This document shows, in pieces, positions 1 through 15,518 of a DNA stretch of 64,000 nt. Position 1 is the stretch's first letter. Each line of letters opens with the position of its first letter. The stretch covers positions 54,002,001 to 54,066,000 of the forward strand of contig OX597820.1 of NCBI GenBank assembly GCA_951406725.2, in the 5' to 3' direction. The position numbers and the translations under genes are program-made. This stretch comes from Octopus vulgaris (lineage: Eukaryota). The notes beneath the pieces are model-generated. The model searched no databases. It was not told the origin of the DNA and saw nothing but the letters and a program-made list of their open reading frames with translations.

Positions 1-846
1 ATCTCCAAATTTTCTAAATGTTTATGACCGCCTTTGTATCGTATATCTGTCCGAATGTTTTATTGTCCTCTATTGCGTTTTTGTTCCATTTTTCTATATT
101 TATATATACATATAGCGGCGTACGTACACACTTGTCCTCACCTTATACTAGGTATGTATCTAAATTTTGTACGACTCTTTTACTCTATCTTTTAGTCGCC
201 CTCATACTTTCTTCTTCTTTTATTTTTCTCGCACCCCTCTCTCTCTCTCTCTCTTTCTCTCTCTTACAAACGCACGCACACATTTCTTGGCCCTCTCTTT
301 ATCTCCCACTTTTCCTCCTCGTTTATCTCCCCTGTACATTTCCTTTTGTCTCTGATTATTTTTCTAATCCTTCAATCCCGCTCCGCCCTACCCCTCTCTC
401 CTCCTTTGATGTGACCGGTGTCTGGCCAGCCATGATCTTTCTTTCTTAGCCTGACTGCCGACCGCCAACACCCCTATGTTCCTGCCTTTTGGCTTTTACT
501 TCATACACACCAGCTCAATTTGATTCTTTCTCAGTCGAAAGAAACCTGTTGTTATGTTCTTGTTGTTTGCATTTGTAATTGTGTACCATGCACATTCACT
601 AGCTTTCTTACAAAAAAATCTAATGCCCTTAGCTTGGACTTCTTTGGGGGCAACCAGATCGAACTGTGTCAAATGTAACTGCCCGAAACAATACGGACTT
701 CTAGTAACTTGACTGAGGACAGAAGGCCACGAATGATCCGTATTTTTTGCCTGTCCTTCCAATTTTTGTTTCCCCTGTGCGTATTTGTATTATTGTCTAT
801 CTGTCCGAATGTTTTATTGTCCTCTATTGCGTTTTTGTCCCATTTC

Positions 847-850
<4 letters not shown>
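1..850 (+). mobile_element. Non-coding Penelope-like/pLTR-type module, cut by the window start
   Basis: 41-bp direct repeat at 44-84 and 798-838; ends in a (TA)n tract; homologous to 28555-29160 on the minus strand; contains a ribozyme-like motif. Confidence 0.55.
635..729 (+). ncRNA. Candidate non-circularly permuted hammerhead ribozyme, copy 1 (cleavage triplet degenerate: GUG)
   Basis: GGGCA(648)/TGCCC(680)-GAAA(685); ACTG(663)/CAAT(689); TCAAAT(669)/ACTTGA(707)-CTGAGGA(713); TGGACTTCT(635)/AGAAGGCCA(721). Confidence 0.55.
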
Positions 851-898
<48 letters not shown>

Positions 899-985
899 GT
901 GTGTGTATGTATGTATATATATACATGTGTGTATATGTATATAAATATATATATATATATGCATACACATAAACACATATATATA

Positions 986-1021
<36 letters not shown>

Positions 1022-1033
1022 CACATAAACACA

Positions 1034-1096
<63 letters not shown>

Positions 1097-1729
1097 GAAA
1101 ATATGATGATTTTTGTTTATTTTTAAATATGTGCCGTCAAATTTTCTTAATTGACTACTTAAATGCGTTGGAATGTAATAAACGGGAAAATATTGCAGAA
1201 TAAACAAAAGAAGTTGTTAGTTCATCGCCCTTGGGATCAAAATTTACATTACATATTTCACTGTCAATTATATTACCACTTATGTACAATATACTATTTC
1301 CTTCAGCTTCAATTTATAGCCTCGTTGAGCAATCATGATTTCCTCATATTTATGACTGGCTTATTAAGGAGAACTAACTTCCTGGCAAACCATCTGGCGT
1401 GGTTTCAAATTTTGGCTGCAATCATTTTACCTCTTCCGTACTATTTCAGCGATAGTATGAATATCACTCGATCTTATCCTGCAGTCGCTATGATATTTTT
1501 ACGAAGGAAAACATTATTAATTTACCAGATCTATTTAATATGTTGAAGCTTCTGTTGTCAACGGTATTGAGAGATGTTTGCAATTGTCAGTTAAGATCAA
1601 ATATGAAAAGATTAACAACCGTTCTCGAATTATATATCTAAATTCACACAAGAACATAGATATCATATATACGACAGACACGCGAACACGTGAATACTCA
1701 CACATGTGCGCATACATACATTTATATAT

Positions 1730-1824
<95 letters not shown>

Positions 1825-2143
1825 TGTGTGTGTGTCTGTGTAAATGTTATTTATGAATAAATGTTCCCACAGAAACATGTATATAAAGGACAGCCAGTCA
1901 ACCACAGTTGAAACACTCCTGTCACAACCTGGGACCTTGAATACTGCTTTAATGCAAGAAAGTATACTAGTCCCTTAATATTTTATATTCAATATTTCAT
2001 CTATTCAATAAGACAATACTTCATTTCATTTTACTATATATATATTATTTATACTATATATTCTATATTCTACGTTAATATTATAAGGAATATAAATAAA
2101 ACATAAAAAAACAGAGTTGGAATTCCTTTGAATAATATACATA

Positions 2144-2235
<92 letters not shown>

Positions 2236-2338
2236 TTGTTAGATAGACATACTTATATAGATGCATGCTTACTTATACATATTCTTAATGTATATCTTGT
2301 AGTATATAGGCACAAACATGTATAGTCGTTTTACATAT

Positions 2339-3184
2339 AGAGTGTCCGGGATAAATTTGACGACAATTTATGTCTCCTTTTTTCAGGAACAGCTCCATGT
2401 ATTGGTGAACAGTCAACGGCGTTGGAGATTATAAAGAACAAAGTTATAGTTGAGAAAAGGTTAGCTGACACAAAGGACTAGAAGCCATCTGAACATGGGA
2501 AACAAGTTACATGTATCATGATGATTTGGGCAGAATATCAAAATACCGACATCATCACTCCTGTTCAATGCTCTGTAAGCACTGTAAAGACTGTAAGACG
2601 TGAGATGGACGTCATGTAAGCCAAATTTCCCCAAACTATGATGGTCTTTGGAATGGCCTCCAGTGAGGTCGACGTCATGCCGCCACACAACTGATGAACA
2701 GACCCTTGGCCTCAATTCAGACGGCTATGTGAAGCTGCCGGAAACTGGTTAATCTCTGGCGGAAGGGAGTTGCGGCTGGATGGCCTTGTGTGTGGCAGCA
2801 GATCTCGGCTCCTTGCCATACCTCCGGAGGGAGTTAAAAGTGGTTGTCGGAGAATTTCTACGACTTCCCCAGTGTTGGATGCGGTTGAGAAAGACACCAA
2901 CTGTTCTGCCTACAACACCAAGGCCGAGCTGGTGGCCAACGTCAAGGAGGTGTTTGAAAATATTCCCAGGAATACAGTGAGCAACGCAAGCTCCATGTTC
3001 CAGAGCCGTCTTGAAGCCGTGGGGAAAACTAAGGGAGACTACTTTGCGTAAACCATTATCTCAGCCATAATGTATTTGATATTTATTTTTCATTTTCCTT
3101 TTAAATACTTTTATCGTTTGGTAGGATATTGTGTGTGGTTTTGCTTTTATGCTAGCAGTTAAATTTAGCCAGAACACCCGGTAT
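2339..3184 (+). mobile_element. Decayed Tc1/mariner-superfamily DNA transposon
   Basis: Imperfect TIRs (gtgtccgggataaatttgac / gttaaatttagccagaacac); frameshifted transposase remnants MVFG, VWQQ-SAPCHT and KAELVANVKEVFENIPRNTVSNASSMFQSRLEAV-GDYF. Confidence 0.85.
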
Positions 3185-3359
3185 GTATGCATATGCATAA
3201 ATATAAATATATAGAAACTGATATGTGTATGTGTTTGTATGTATGTATATTATATGCACGAAAATACATAAATATGATATAAATGTACATGTTGAAATAT
3301 ATATAGATGTGTGCGTGTGTCTGTGTGTCTGTGTGTGCATGTATGTGTCAGTGCATGTC

Positions 3360-3419
<60 letters not shown>

Positions 3420-3420
3420 C

Positions 3421-3453
<33 letters not shown>

Positions 3454-3984
3454 CATATATATACGTATATATATAATATATAATATATATATATATATAC
3501 ATATATACACATACATATATAAATACATACATACATACATACATATATGTGAAGATTATAGGAGAGTAGGGTATGGACGTATAGCTGTGTAGCTACATAT
3601 GGTAGAAATGTATTTGGTAAATGGATGTGATGGATTGACAAGTCTGATGGATTTACAAACTGGTGAGTATAGCTGAACTTTGGACGAGACTGATTCCTCC
3701 TAATGAGATATCTGTGGAGCCACTATCTGACCAACGGTCGAACATAATGACCACAACACTTCGTTAACATTGATCTCTGCTCTTTGTTTTCCTTAATGAT
3801 AGCCACTGAGCTGATATCTTGATATCTCATCAGGGTTGTTAAAAATATGGTTTATATCATCGTGGTGTGCACACATATACACACACATACATATAATATA
3901 AGTCTACACGTATGTATGTATCTAAATATACGTGTGCGTGTGAGTGTGCGTGTGTCTATGTGTGTGTGTGTGTGCATGTATGCG

Positions 3985-4020
<36 letters not shown>

Positions 4021-4039
4021 CACTCATACACTTATATAC

Positions 4040-4088
<49 letters not shown>

Positions 4089-4122
4089 TACATATATGTA
4101 TATATATATATGTACTCACATA

Positions 4123-4159
<37 letters not shown>

Positions 4160-4233
4160 TCACACATATATGTATATATATGTATATGTTTGTATGTATT
4201 TATATATGCTGTACATATATGCATTTCTATATT

Positions 4234-4266
<33 letters not shown>

Positions 4267-5397
4267 TATATATGTATAACATATATAACATGTGTGTATG
4301 TGTGTGTGTGTGGTGCGGGCTTGTGTGTGTTTGACGGAGGTACGTTACTGATGTCGTCAGTAACATCGTAAATACTATCTATCATTGCCTTCATCACCAT
4401 CCACACTATAATAACTACTGTCGCCACAACCAAAACCACCACAACCACAACATAAAATCATACCAACAACAGCCTCAACACCTCTCTTAGCACACACACA
4501 CATATATATATATGGCTTTTATCAGCCACCAATAAATCTAGTAGTCAAGACTGACATATCGGTACACGTACAGTACAAAGAACGCCACTGCCAATACCAT
4601 CGCCAGCACTAACATCATCTTCACCAATATCAGCAACAACAAACAACAGGAAATCCTAAACCATCGGAAGAAAATTAACGACTTCGCAATCAGCTGCAAG
4701 ATCCTCATCAACATCCTGACCCTTGAAAATCACCAACACCACAGACTCTGCCTCCACCACAGATACTGTTGCAATTAACAACTCCAGTGATTATTACAGC
4801 TACTACCAACATCCTTCTCTTTATTAATTTTTAAGTTTATTTTTTTTTCCACCATTCCATCAACCATCGCCACATTTTTAACAATAATGAAGACGATCTT
4901 AGTACTATTAAATCGTTAAACTAACATCCAATAACAAGGAATAGTTTGTGATATGAACATCATCTCTACCGCCTACTAACGCTTATTAATGACTTGTAGG
5001 TACGCAGTGTTTCGTTATGCAGCTATAGTATGCTATAAAGTATATTAAACGTTCTTTATAAGTCTGCAACACGTTCTACTGTGTTAGCAGTGCGTTTTAC
5101 ATCACTCGTTTAGGTTACCTCTACAGATATCTGTAAAGATAACTTAGTAACACTGGTACAACCACTAGCACAAGTACAAGAGTCACTACGTTTAGTACTA
5201 GTTCTATTAATAACATTACTACTAAAGGAGATTAAAGCTACTAAAAGACATCTCACGCTACTAATACAAGTGTTCATACAAGTGCTAAACCTTAGTGGTC
5301 GATGATATTACAAGGGAGATAATCATTTCTTCATAACATTTAGCGGGATTAAAAATAAAGTATTAAAACTAAGATTCGTAAATTTCACATATTCATT

Positions 5398-5690
5398 TAT
5401 TAACTCTGCCTTAGCAAAAGCGCAGATATTGTTTTCAGTCGTGTTTGTTTGTTTGTCCGTGGACAAGATTTCTCAAGAACCGCTGGACGGATTCGGATGA
5501 AACTTTCAAGGATGTTTCGTCTTGTGGCTCTAACGAACTGACTGGATTTGAGGATCGATTTGATACCGTTTGTGAGAGCAGTCGAGTTTATTTCAGATAT
5601 TCTCATTTTAATAATTATCTCTGGCTAATAGTTGAAGAGACGTTGGTATTGCCTTGGCAGAGGTTTGCGCTCTCTGAGTGTTCTTGCTTA
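5398..5690 (+). mobile_element. Non-autonomous Helentron-type (HINE/DINE-like) element
   Basis: Subterminal inverted repeat ctctgcc...ggcagag, (GTTT)n near the 5' end, 3' hairpin gcgctctctgagtgt. Confidence 0.55.
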
Positions 5691-7103
5691 CATGTACTTA
5701 TTACGAAATTCTTTGATTTCCTACATAGGCACATGGCCAAAATTTTGGGAGAAGGAATTATCGATTACATCGAGATCAGTGATTAATTGGTGCTTCATTT
5801 AACGATCCCTGAAGAATGAAAGACAAAATTCATACATACCGCCTTTCAAAGATGAAAAGCGGTATACATGAACTTTGCAATTAGTGCCATTTTTTTTTCC
5901 GGGTGAAGAAGAAGAAGAAGAAGAAGAAGAAGAAGAAGAAGAAGAAGAAGAAGAAGAAGAAGAAGAAGAAGAAGAAGGAGGAGGAGGAGGGGAGGGGTGG
6001 GGAGGAAGATAACGATGATGATGAGGATGATGATTCCTTTGTATTATAGGCATAGGCACAAGGCCTGAAATCTGGTTGGAGGTGAAGACAATTCCAGGGA
6101 CCGCAGTACTCAAATGATATCTATTTCATCGACCCTGAAAGGTAAAAGATCAAAAAGATAGATTTGAACTAGGATTATAAAGAACTGGTAGAAGTACCAT
6201 TATGGATTTTGTCCAATGCGCTACTTCCTACTATTGGTGCCTGAGCTAATAGCAGTGCTCCCTCTATGTGCCACCCAATCTGCCAGAAAAAGCAGCCAAA
6301 TCTCTCTAAACTCAGACAACTGATTAATTTAAAGCAATAGATACGTTGTACATCGTTGTCTGAGATTCCTGCATAGAGAAACATAAGGAATAACGCTTCA
6401 TGGTCGCAGCTGAAATTCTTTTGACCATTGTTTGGTAAAGGTTAATTGGGACTAAAGAACAACAGCTTCAAATTTAGTTGCTGCCGCCGCAGTGATCGAT
6501 TGCGCCGCGCTGCTACTGCTACTTCTGCCGCGCTCCCGCCGTTGCAGCTGCTGAGCAAACTAAGCTATAGAGAAGATTGAAACCCGGAGTCTGTTTCGGC
6601 AGTTTGTTGCATCTCGTTCTGAAACTGACGTGAGAATGATGTATGAAGATTGTTAATGTGAGTGCGGGTGGCAAGATGTTACAACATGTGTTTATTATCT
6701 ACATCAGTTGTTGTGGGGTGGTCTGATCTTTGGGTGGTAGTGACGAGGAAAGGAAGGCTGGTTGGGTTTTGTTTCAAAGCTTCCACACAACCATCTCCAT
6801 AATCTTCGTTCGTCAATACACACACAGACACACACAAATATGTATTCAAGCATACATATATATGTAAGAAACACATACATACGCACAATGTACATGTCAT
6901 AGACACACACACACACAAACACACATACACTCAAGTATAAACCCGAGCCCATTTATGAATATGCATATATGTATAAGTAGAAAACATTAATACCGTTTTC
7001 ATTCGCACAAATATATACATTTCTGCTCTATGTATATATGTTTAATATATGTGTGTGTGTGTGTGCGTGTGTGTGTATGTATGTATATGTATGTATATGT
7101 ATG

Positions 7104-7148
<45 letters not shown>

Positions 7149-7187
7149 TCATATATATGAACATATATACATGCATATATATGAATG

Positions 7188-7223
<36 letters not shown>

Positions 7224-7235
7224 CATATATATATA

Positions 7236-7391
<156 letters not shown>

Positions 7392-8071
7392 CGTATGTGT
7401 ATATTTTTACTCGTATCTATGTATCTATTCATTTGCCAGTATCTACGGGTGGGTATGTGTGTGCATGAGGGAGCGCAATTGCTTAGAATTTCACACGTGC
7501 AATATTCAGGGCAGTGCCCCCAAGTCATTATGATTGTTCAGGGCCTTTTCTATATCACCCCGCCCAAATTTGCAAATGTCAATAATATGTTTCATTTGAA
7601 TCCCATCTTTTTTAATATATATTTAATGACTTTTAGATGAGGAATGAAAGCCACGCCACCACTGCCCGCTTATCCAACCCCTACCCGTCAATAACTTACT
7701 ATTCAACAAACCTTACCTCATGTCTGGATAATATCTAATAGATCTCTTAAAGTTTCAAATGAACACTTTTGCTTCTATTTCCTTTCTGGAGTCATGTGAT
7801 CTGTAGATCTGACGATAGGTGGCATGACTTTTGCATTACAGGACATTTTATAGAAGGACTTCTATTGTTCTGAGTTAGAGGTCAGTTTCAATTAAGCCGT
7901 TTATGCGTGTATATATGTATAAACGTATGTATGTGTTAGAATATATATATATATATATGCATACATATATTTATTTGTGTGCGTATACGTTTATATGTAT
8001 CTATGCGTATATATATATATGTATATATATATATGTGTGTATATATATATATGTGTGTGTGTATGTATGTA

Positions 8072-8117
<46 letters not shown>

Positions 8118-8128
8118 TATATATATAC

Positions 8129-8172
<44 letters not shown>

Positions 8173-8315
8173 ACATATGTATGTATGTGTATGTATGTAT
8201 GTATGTATGTATGTATGTATGTATGTATGTATGTATGTATGTATGTATGCATGTATACAGACATCATACACACATAGAATGAGAGGAAACAGAAATATGC
8301 GTTTATATGTAAACG

Positions 8316-8397
<82 letters not shown>

Positions 8398-8459
8398 AAA
8401 GCATACATATTTATATATACAAGTAGAATACATATCGTACATATATGAATGTGTACTCC

Positions 8460-8893
8460 TTACTCTTTTACTCTTTTACTTGTTTCAGCCATTTGACTGT
8501 GGCCATGCTGGAGCACCACCTTTTAGTCGAACAAATCGACCCCAGGACTTATTCTTTATAAGCCTAGTACTTATCCTATCGGTCTCTTTTGCCAACCTCT
8601 AAGTTACGGTGATGTAAACACACCAGCATTTGTTTGTTGTCAAGCGATGTTGGGGGGAAGGACAAACACAGACACACAAACATACACACACACACACAAA
8701 CACACATATATATATATATATATATACACGACGGGCTTCGTTCAGTTTCCGTCTACCAAATCTACTCACAAGGCTTTGGTCGGCCCGAGGCTACAGTAGA
8801 AGACACTTGCCCAAGGGGCCACGCAGTGGGACTGAACCCGGAACCATATGGTTCGTAAGCAAGCTACTTAACACACAGCCACTCCTACGCCTA
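8460..8893 (-). mobile_element. tRNA-derived SINE family A (CORE-like body, internal microsatellite)
   Basis: Near full-length match to the copy at 38437-38855; tail aagtaaaagagtaaaagag. Confidence 0.9.
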
Positions 8894-9591
8894 TGAATGT
8901 GTGTATGAATGTTTTAGAATTGTGGTCCATTTTCAATGAGCTGAGTTTCCCATATGGTTTTGATTCTAAATCAGTATTCAGTACATATCCTCCATTCCAA
9001 TTTCACCTCCATTTCACGTCTATGACCATAGGATTCAAAGGTTCACGAGATACAAGGTTTGAACCATATCAAATTCTTTTCTTCGTCAAACCTTCCCACG
9101 TTATTCTTTTTTAGCCAGTATTAACCTCTGGAGAGAGATGTTACTGAAATAGCTTTATTTTGTCTAAGATACAGCAATTAAAAACCTATGAGTGTTGCTC
9201 CCTTATCAGGAAATACTGGTCCCTTATTTGGGACCATGTAAGATTCACAATATCCTTGACAGTTTCCAAACTGCTTGTATTTTACTTATTTACTCTTTAC
9301 TTGTTTCAGTTATTGAATTGCGGCTGAGCACAGTCTTTTAGAGTGAGATGTCCCGATGGGCCCCGGTTCTTGTTTTTAAAATCTGGTACTTATTCCATCG
9401 GTCTGTCTGGTCGAACCGCCAAGTTATGGGGACGTTAACAAACCCAATACCAAATGTCAAACTGGGCGCTAACAAGCACAAAGTTATACATGCACACACG
9501 AATACATACTAACACACTCACACACACACGACAGGATTCCACATTCATTGGTGTCTGTTTTGTGTAGCTCTCTCTCCCTCCTCTCTCCCTC

Positions 9592-9641
<50 letters not shown>

Positions 9642-9714
9642 TTTCTCACTAAGACTGGCTGTTTATGGAAGTTCCTTCACAGTCCCTTTGGTTTTGTAGC
9701 TAAATAATATTTAC

Positions 9715-11200
9715 TACTTTAGGCAAAAGACCAACAATTTTGCGAATAGGGTTTTAACCGATTTCATCGACTCCACTACTTAACTGGTACTTTATGTAGG
9801 TTATCAGTCACGGAAGAATAAAAGTCAAAGTTGACTTCGGCAGGATTTAAACTCAGAACGTAAAGAGTCGGAACATACCACAAAGCATCCTTTCCGAAGC
9901 TCTAACGATTCTTATTTATTTATTGCCCACAAGGGGCTAAACATAGAGGGGACAAACAAGAACAGACAAGGGGATTACGTCGAGGAAAGTAGTTAATCTA
10001 TACCATCGATTCCAGTATTTGAATGGTACTTAATATTGCTGATCCAGAAAGGCTGAAAAGCAAAGTTGACCTCAACGGGATTTGAAATCGGGATATAAAG
10101 ATTATGAACAAATACTACAAAACCTTTATTTCATTTCCGACGCTCTTGTGGTTTCTCCTGCTATTCGCCTTCAGGTATCATTTTGTGATTTTGTTACAAG
10201 GCCTTCAATTTCAACTGGTACTTTATTCTTTTCAACTCTAGGCACAATGCCCGAAATTTTGGGAGAGGAGGCCAGTCGATTAGATCGACGCCAGCCCGCA
10301 TCTGGTACTTAATTTATCGACCCTGGAAGGATGAAAGTCAAAGTCGACCTCGGCGGAATTTAAACTAAGAACGAAAAGACAGATGAAATACCGCTAAACA
10401 TTTCGCCCCGCGTGATAACGTTTCTTATTTCTTTGTTGCCCACGAGGGGCTAAACATAGAGAGAACAAACAAGGAGAGACAAAGGTATTAAGTCGATTAC
10501 GTCGACCCCAGCGCGTAACTGGTAGTTAATTGATCGACCCCGAAAGGATGAAAGGCAAAGTCGACCTCGGCAGAATTTGAACTCAGAACGTAACAGCAAA
10601 CGAAATACCTATTTCTTTACTAACCACAAAGGGCTTAACGCAGAGAGGACAAACAAGGACAGACAAGGGATTAAGTCGATTATATCGACCCCAGTTCGTA
10701 ACTGGTACTTAATTTATCGACCCTGAAAGGATGAAAGGCAAAGTCGACTTCGGCGGAATTTGAACTGAGAACGTAACAGCAAACGAAATACTGCTATGCA
10801 TTTCGCCCGGCGTGCTAACGTTTCTGCCAGCTTGCCGCCTTAACTGGTACTTCATTTATTGACTTCGAATATATGAAAAAGCAAATTCGGCCTGGGAGGC
10901 ATTTGAACTTAGAAAGTAAAGAGCCGGAAGAAATGCTGTTGAGCATTTTGCCTGGCGCGCTAACGTTTCTGCCAGTTCGCCGCTTTTCTCTGCCTTCAAA
11001 AACAGTAAGAACAATAATAAAAATTGCTTCTAATTTAGACACAGATTCTGGAATTTGCGAGGAGGGCTAGCCTATTAAGTTGACCCCAGTATTTAGCTGG
11101 TATTTTATTTCGTCGGCGTAAAAACTAAAACAAATGTATGGTAAAATTTACTGTGGTAGGATTTGAACACAGAACAAAAACACCGGAGCACATACCAGGT
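9715..11200 (-). mobile_element. Tandem/nested cluster of SINE family B copies
   Basis: Repeated gaccccgaaaggatgaaaggcaaagtcgacctcggcggaatttgaactcagaacgt units. Confidence 0.9.
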
Positions 11201-11481
11201 GTACTTCAACGATTCTCCAGATCCAACGCTCGGTTCCTAAGGAATCTAGGACATTTAACCACCCACCCCCGGATAATTAACCCCCCCCCCCCAATCGAAG
11301 GACAATTATCCCTGCGGACAACAAATGATGGTTTAAAATTTCTTAATATAATGGAGATGGAGTAATTATCCAAATGGAGTAATTGTCCTGATACGGTTCC
11401 TAAGACATGAATAAGACCGCAAATCTTGCAGATGACTCGAACAAGTCCTATGTGCATGACTGGTATCTTTTATATATATAT

Positions 11482-11613
11482 TGCTTACCAACCACATGGT
11501 TTCGGGTTCAGTCCCACTGCGTGGCACCTTGGCCAAGTGTCGTCTACTATAGCCTCGGGCCGACCAAAGCCTTGTGAGTGGATTTGGTAGACGGAAACTG
11601 AAAGAAGCCCGTC

Positions 11614-11679
<66 letters not shown>

Positions 11680-11865
11680 CCCACCCAGCATCGCTTGACA
11701 ACCGATGTTGGTGTGTTTACGTCCCGTTAACTTAGCGGTTCGGCAATATAGTCCGATAGAATAAGTGCTAGGCTTACAAAGAATAAGTCAATTTGCTCGA
11801 CTAAGTGTGATGCTCCGGCATGGCCGCAGTCAAAATGACTGAAACAAGTAAAAGAGTAAAAGAGT
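11482..11865 (+). mobile_element. SINE family A
   Basis: Match to 38437-38855, slightly 5'-truncated. Confidence 0.9.
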
Positions 11866-12317
11866 ATATATAGCCCCCTCGAAAGGATTGAAAGGTAAAG
11901 CTGACATCAGGGAGATCACATGCCATATTGCAAGAGAACTAGTCTGAAGACTACGAGCAATTTGGTCGGTGGTCTGTTTATCCTGCCTCCGAACTATCTT
12001 CTATTTACATAAAAATATTAATCAACTAAGTTTTCTTCTAAACATCTTGCAATTGTTTATACAGTATAATTGGTGCTGGATGATGCTGTTATTATAGATG
12101 GTTTCTCTATAGTAGTTAACTACATGCATACAGCCACAAACATCTATACAAACGTACATGCACGTGAATATCATGCATTTATATACTCAAATACACATGT
12201 GCATCTGTATAGATATATGTCCGTCTATGCAAGTATGCATCTATATGTATTCATATATAAATGTTTGTCTGTGCAAGTATGTATCCATGTGCATGTATAA
12301 ATAAATTGATAGTTACG

Positions 12318-12392
<75 letters not shown>

Positions 12393-12393
12393 C

Positions 12394-12424
<31 letters not shown>

Positions 12425-12705
12425 GTTTTTTTTATCAGTTAGGTACATATATATATAAATTAACTTGAATCTTTATTCTTTTATATATATACATATATAT
12501 ATACATATATATATACATATATATATACATATATATAGATAGATAGATAGATGGAGAGAGAGATATGTATATTTACACACATGCTTATATGCTTAAATAT
12601 ACACACACATACACACACACATGCAGATAGATATATGCACTTCCGCGCGCACACGCACTGACACGGTGGGGATGGAGACAGACAGACAGAGATATTAATA
12701 CTTAC

Positions 12706-12810
12706 GATCATCGACCTCTCTTACTGAACGCTTGTTTGAACTTTCCGAGGAAATTCACAAATTCTTCAAGAACCAAAGTCTGACGAGCAGTCGACCTTAA
12801 ACTGGAAGCA
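12706..12810 (-). other. Candidate 105-nt spliced exon; one frame reads [33 protein letters not shown]-stop
   Basis: Unique-sequence island between microsatellites, with acceptor tacacAG at 12811-12812 and donor GTAAGT at 12705-12700. Confidence 0.4.
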
Positions 12811-12826
12811 CTGTGTATAATGTGTA

Positions 12827-12871
<45 letters not shown>

Positions 12872-12895
12872 CTTACATGCATGCATAGAAACACG

Positions 12896-12926
<31 letters not shown>

Positions 12927-13112
12927 AGATATAGATATATACACACACACACATATATTTATGTGTATAGTATGTATCATATATATATATATATATACAC
13001 ACACAATTATATATATCTACATACATACTTACATACTTGCATACAAGCACGTATATATATATAAATATATATATATGTGTGTGTGTGTATGTATAGTATA
13101 TATCATATACAT

Positions 13113-13198
<86 letters not shown>

Positions 13199-13439
13199 TG
13201 TTTAATATACTGTATGCTGAATGGATAAATTGTGTATAGTATAATGGGTTTAATATGTAAACATGCTGAACATTTTCCAAAAGTTGAAATTGCGCAGCAT
13301 GTTTACTATACAGAGTGTATTACAGTGTGTATAATTTTTAGCGTGTATAATGGTGTCGTGTAGAGTGTAAACATCAATTGGTTAGAGTTGGCTAGTAGTT
13401 ATTAAGCAGAAACTATTTCTTGATTCATAACTTTTGATG

Positions 13440-13856
13440 TTGGTTGGTGTGGAAGGGATGCTGGTATTGTGCTGGTGGTGATGGTGGTGGAAGTGCTATT
13501 TGCAGCAGTGGTAGTGGTAGTGGTAGTGGTGGTCGTCCTGGTGGTTATGATGGCCGTAGTGGTCGTGGTGGTCGTGATGGTGGTCATTGTTGTAGTATTG
13601 GTGGTGGTGGTGGTGATGGAGGGAGGGATGGTTGTAGTAGTAGTGGTGATGATGATGATAGTGGTGGTGGTGGTTGTGGTGTTGATAATAGTTGTGATGG
13701 TGGAGGAGCGGAGGAGGATGTGGTAGGGGTGCGATGGGGGAAAGTGTGGTGGGGAACGAGCGGTGCGGTGGTGGTGGTGGTGGTGGTGGTTGTGGTGGTT
13801 GTGGTGGTGGTGGTGGTGGTGGTGGTGATTCTTGTACTGGTAGCGATAGTGATGGA

Positions 13857-13896
<40 letters not shown>

Positions 13897-14085
13897 ATTA
13901 TGGTGGTGGTGGTGGTGGTGGTGGAGGAGGAACAAGATCGAAACAGATATTGGTAGTGACGGTGTCGTTGGTGGTAGTGATGGTTGCGATGGTTGTATTA
14001 GTTCTGGTCATTGCAAAGGTTGTTGTCGATGCTGGAAATTGGTGTTGATGGGAAATATGGTGAAGAATGCGGTAGAAGTAGTGAT
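13440..14085. repeat. Compound (GGT)n/(AGT)n/(GAT)n trinucleotide array
   Basis: Directly visible; source of spurious poly-V/H/T ORFs. Confidence 0.95.
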
Positions 14086-14089
14086 GAAG

Positions 14090-14562
<473 letters not shown>

Positions 14563-15518
14563 AGAATGGTGGAATATATTATGGATTACACTGTATCATA
14601 ACCCCTTTTCATTTGAGGGCGGTTTGACTGCTGTGTCATGTTCATCGAGACAAGTTGTTCACCGTGCCGGGGCCCATATGATTCCTGAGGGTCCATATAA
14701 GATGTTTGGGGCTCCATGCCACAAATTAGTAAATTGGGGATGCACCATAGTATTTTGAGGGCCCCAATTTACTATTTTGTTTTAGATGTATGTATTGGTA
14801 TGTATTGCAAGAAACAGCTAGGTTTCTTTCTCCTTTTACACAGTTCAACCTATACAAATTAATGTTGAGAATCCCTGGTTTAGACAAACAGATCGAATCC
14901 AATACATGTCTTGTTTTTCGTTTATTGTTTTTGTTATTACTTTTAAATTTGGTGCATAGACGGAAACAAACCAACAACGGTTACCAAACGGTGAGGAGGG
15001 GACAAACACAAACACACAGATACACATACACAAACCTATATACGCACACACGATGGTGTATGACTATATTACTAAGTGGGTATGTGTTCGTGCGCGTGAG
15101 TATGTGTGTGTACCCGTGCGTCTGGGTCTGTGTGTGTCTGTGTTAGTGTCTGTAAGCGTAAGTACAAACACAAACATGGTAATATTATAGAGTAATAAAA
15201 AGCGGTGAGCTGAATCGGTATAACTGACTTACCCCATCCGTCCAAAATTGCTTGCTTTGTGCCCAAAGTTGAAACCAGAATTATAGATACGTGAAATCCG
15301 TTGAGCTGGCAGAATCGTTACTGCACAGGACAAAATGCTTAGCGGCTTTTCCGGTTCTTTATGTTTTGAATTCGTTTTAAATTTACATCCTTTTGGGAAC
15401 GATAAAATCAGTACTAGTTGAGCACTAGGATCAGTGTCATCAATTACCCTGCCCATCAAATTGCTGGCCTTGTGCCAGAATTAGGGTGTACATACACACA
15501 TACACACACATTTATGTG

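Noticed and set aside
3808-3838. Minus-strand CTGATGA followed by a gatatc-aa-gatatc hairpin
   Set aside because: No GAAA and no stem I partner; at best a deleted hammerhead remnant
12779-12820. Plus-strand CTGACGA...GAAG hammerhead-like string
   Set aside because: GAAG instead of GAAA and no stem I; better explained as a minus-strand exon
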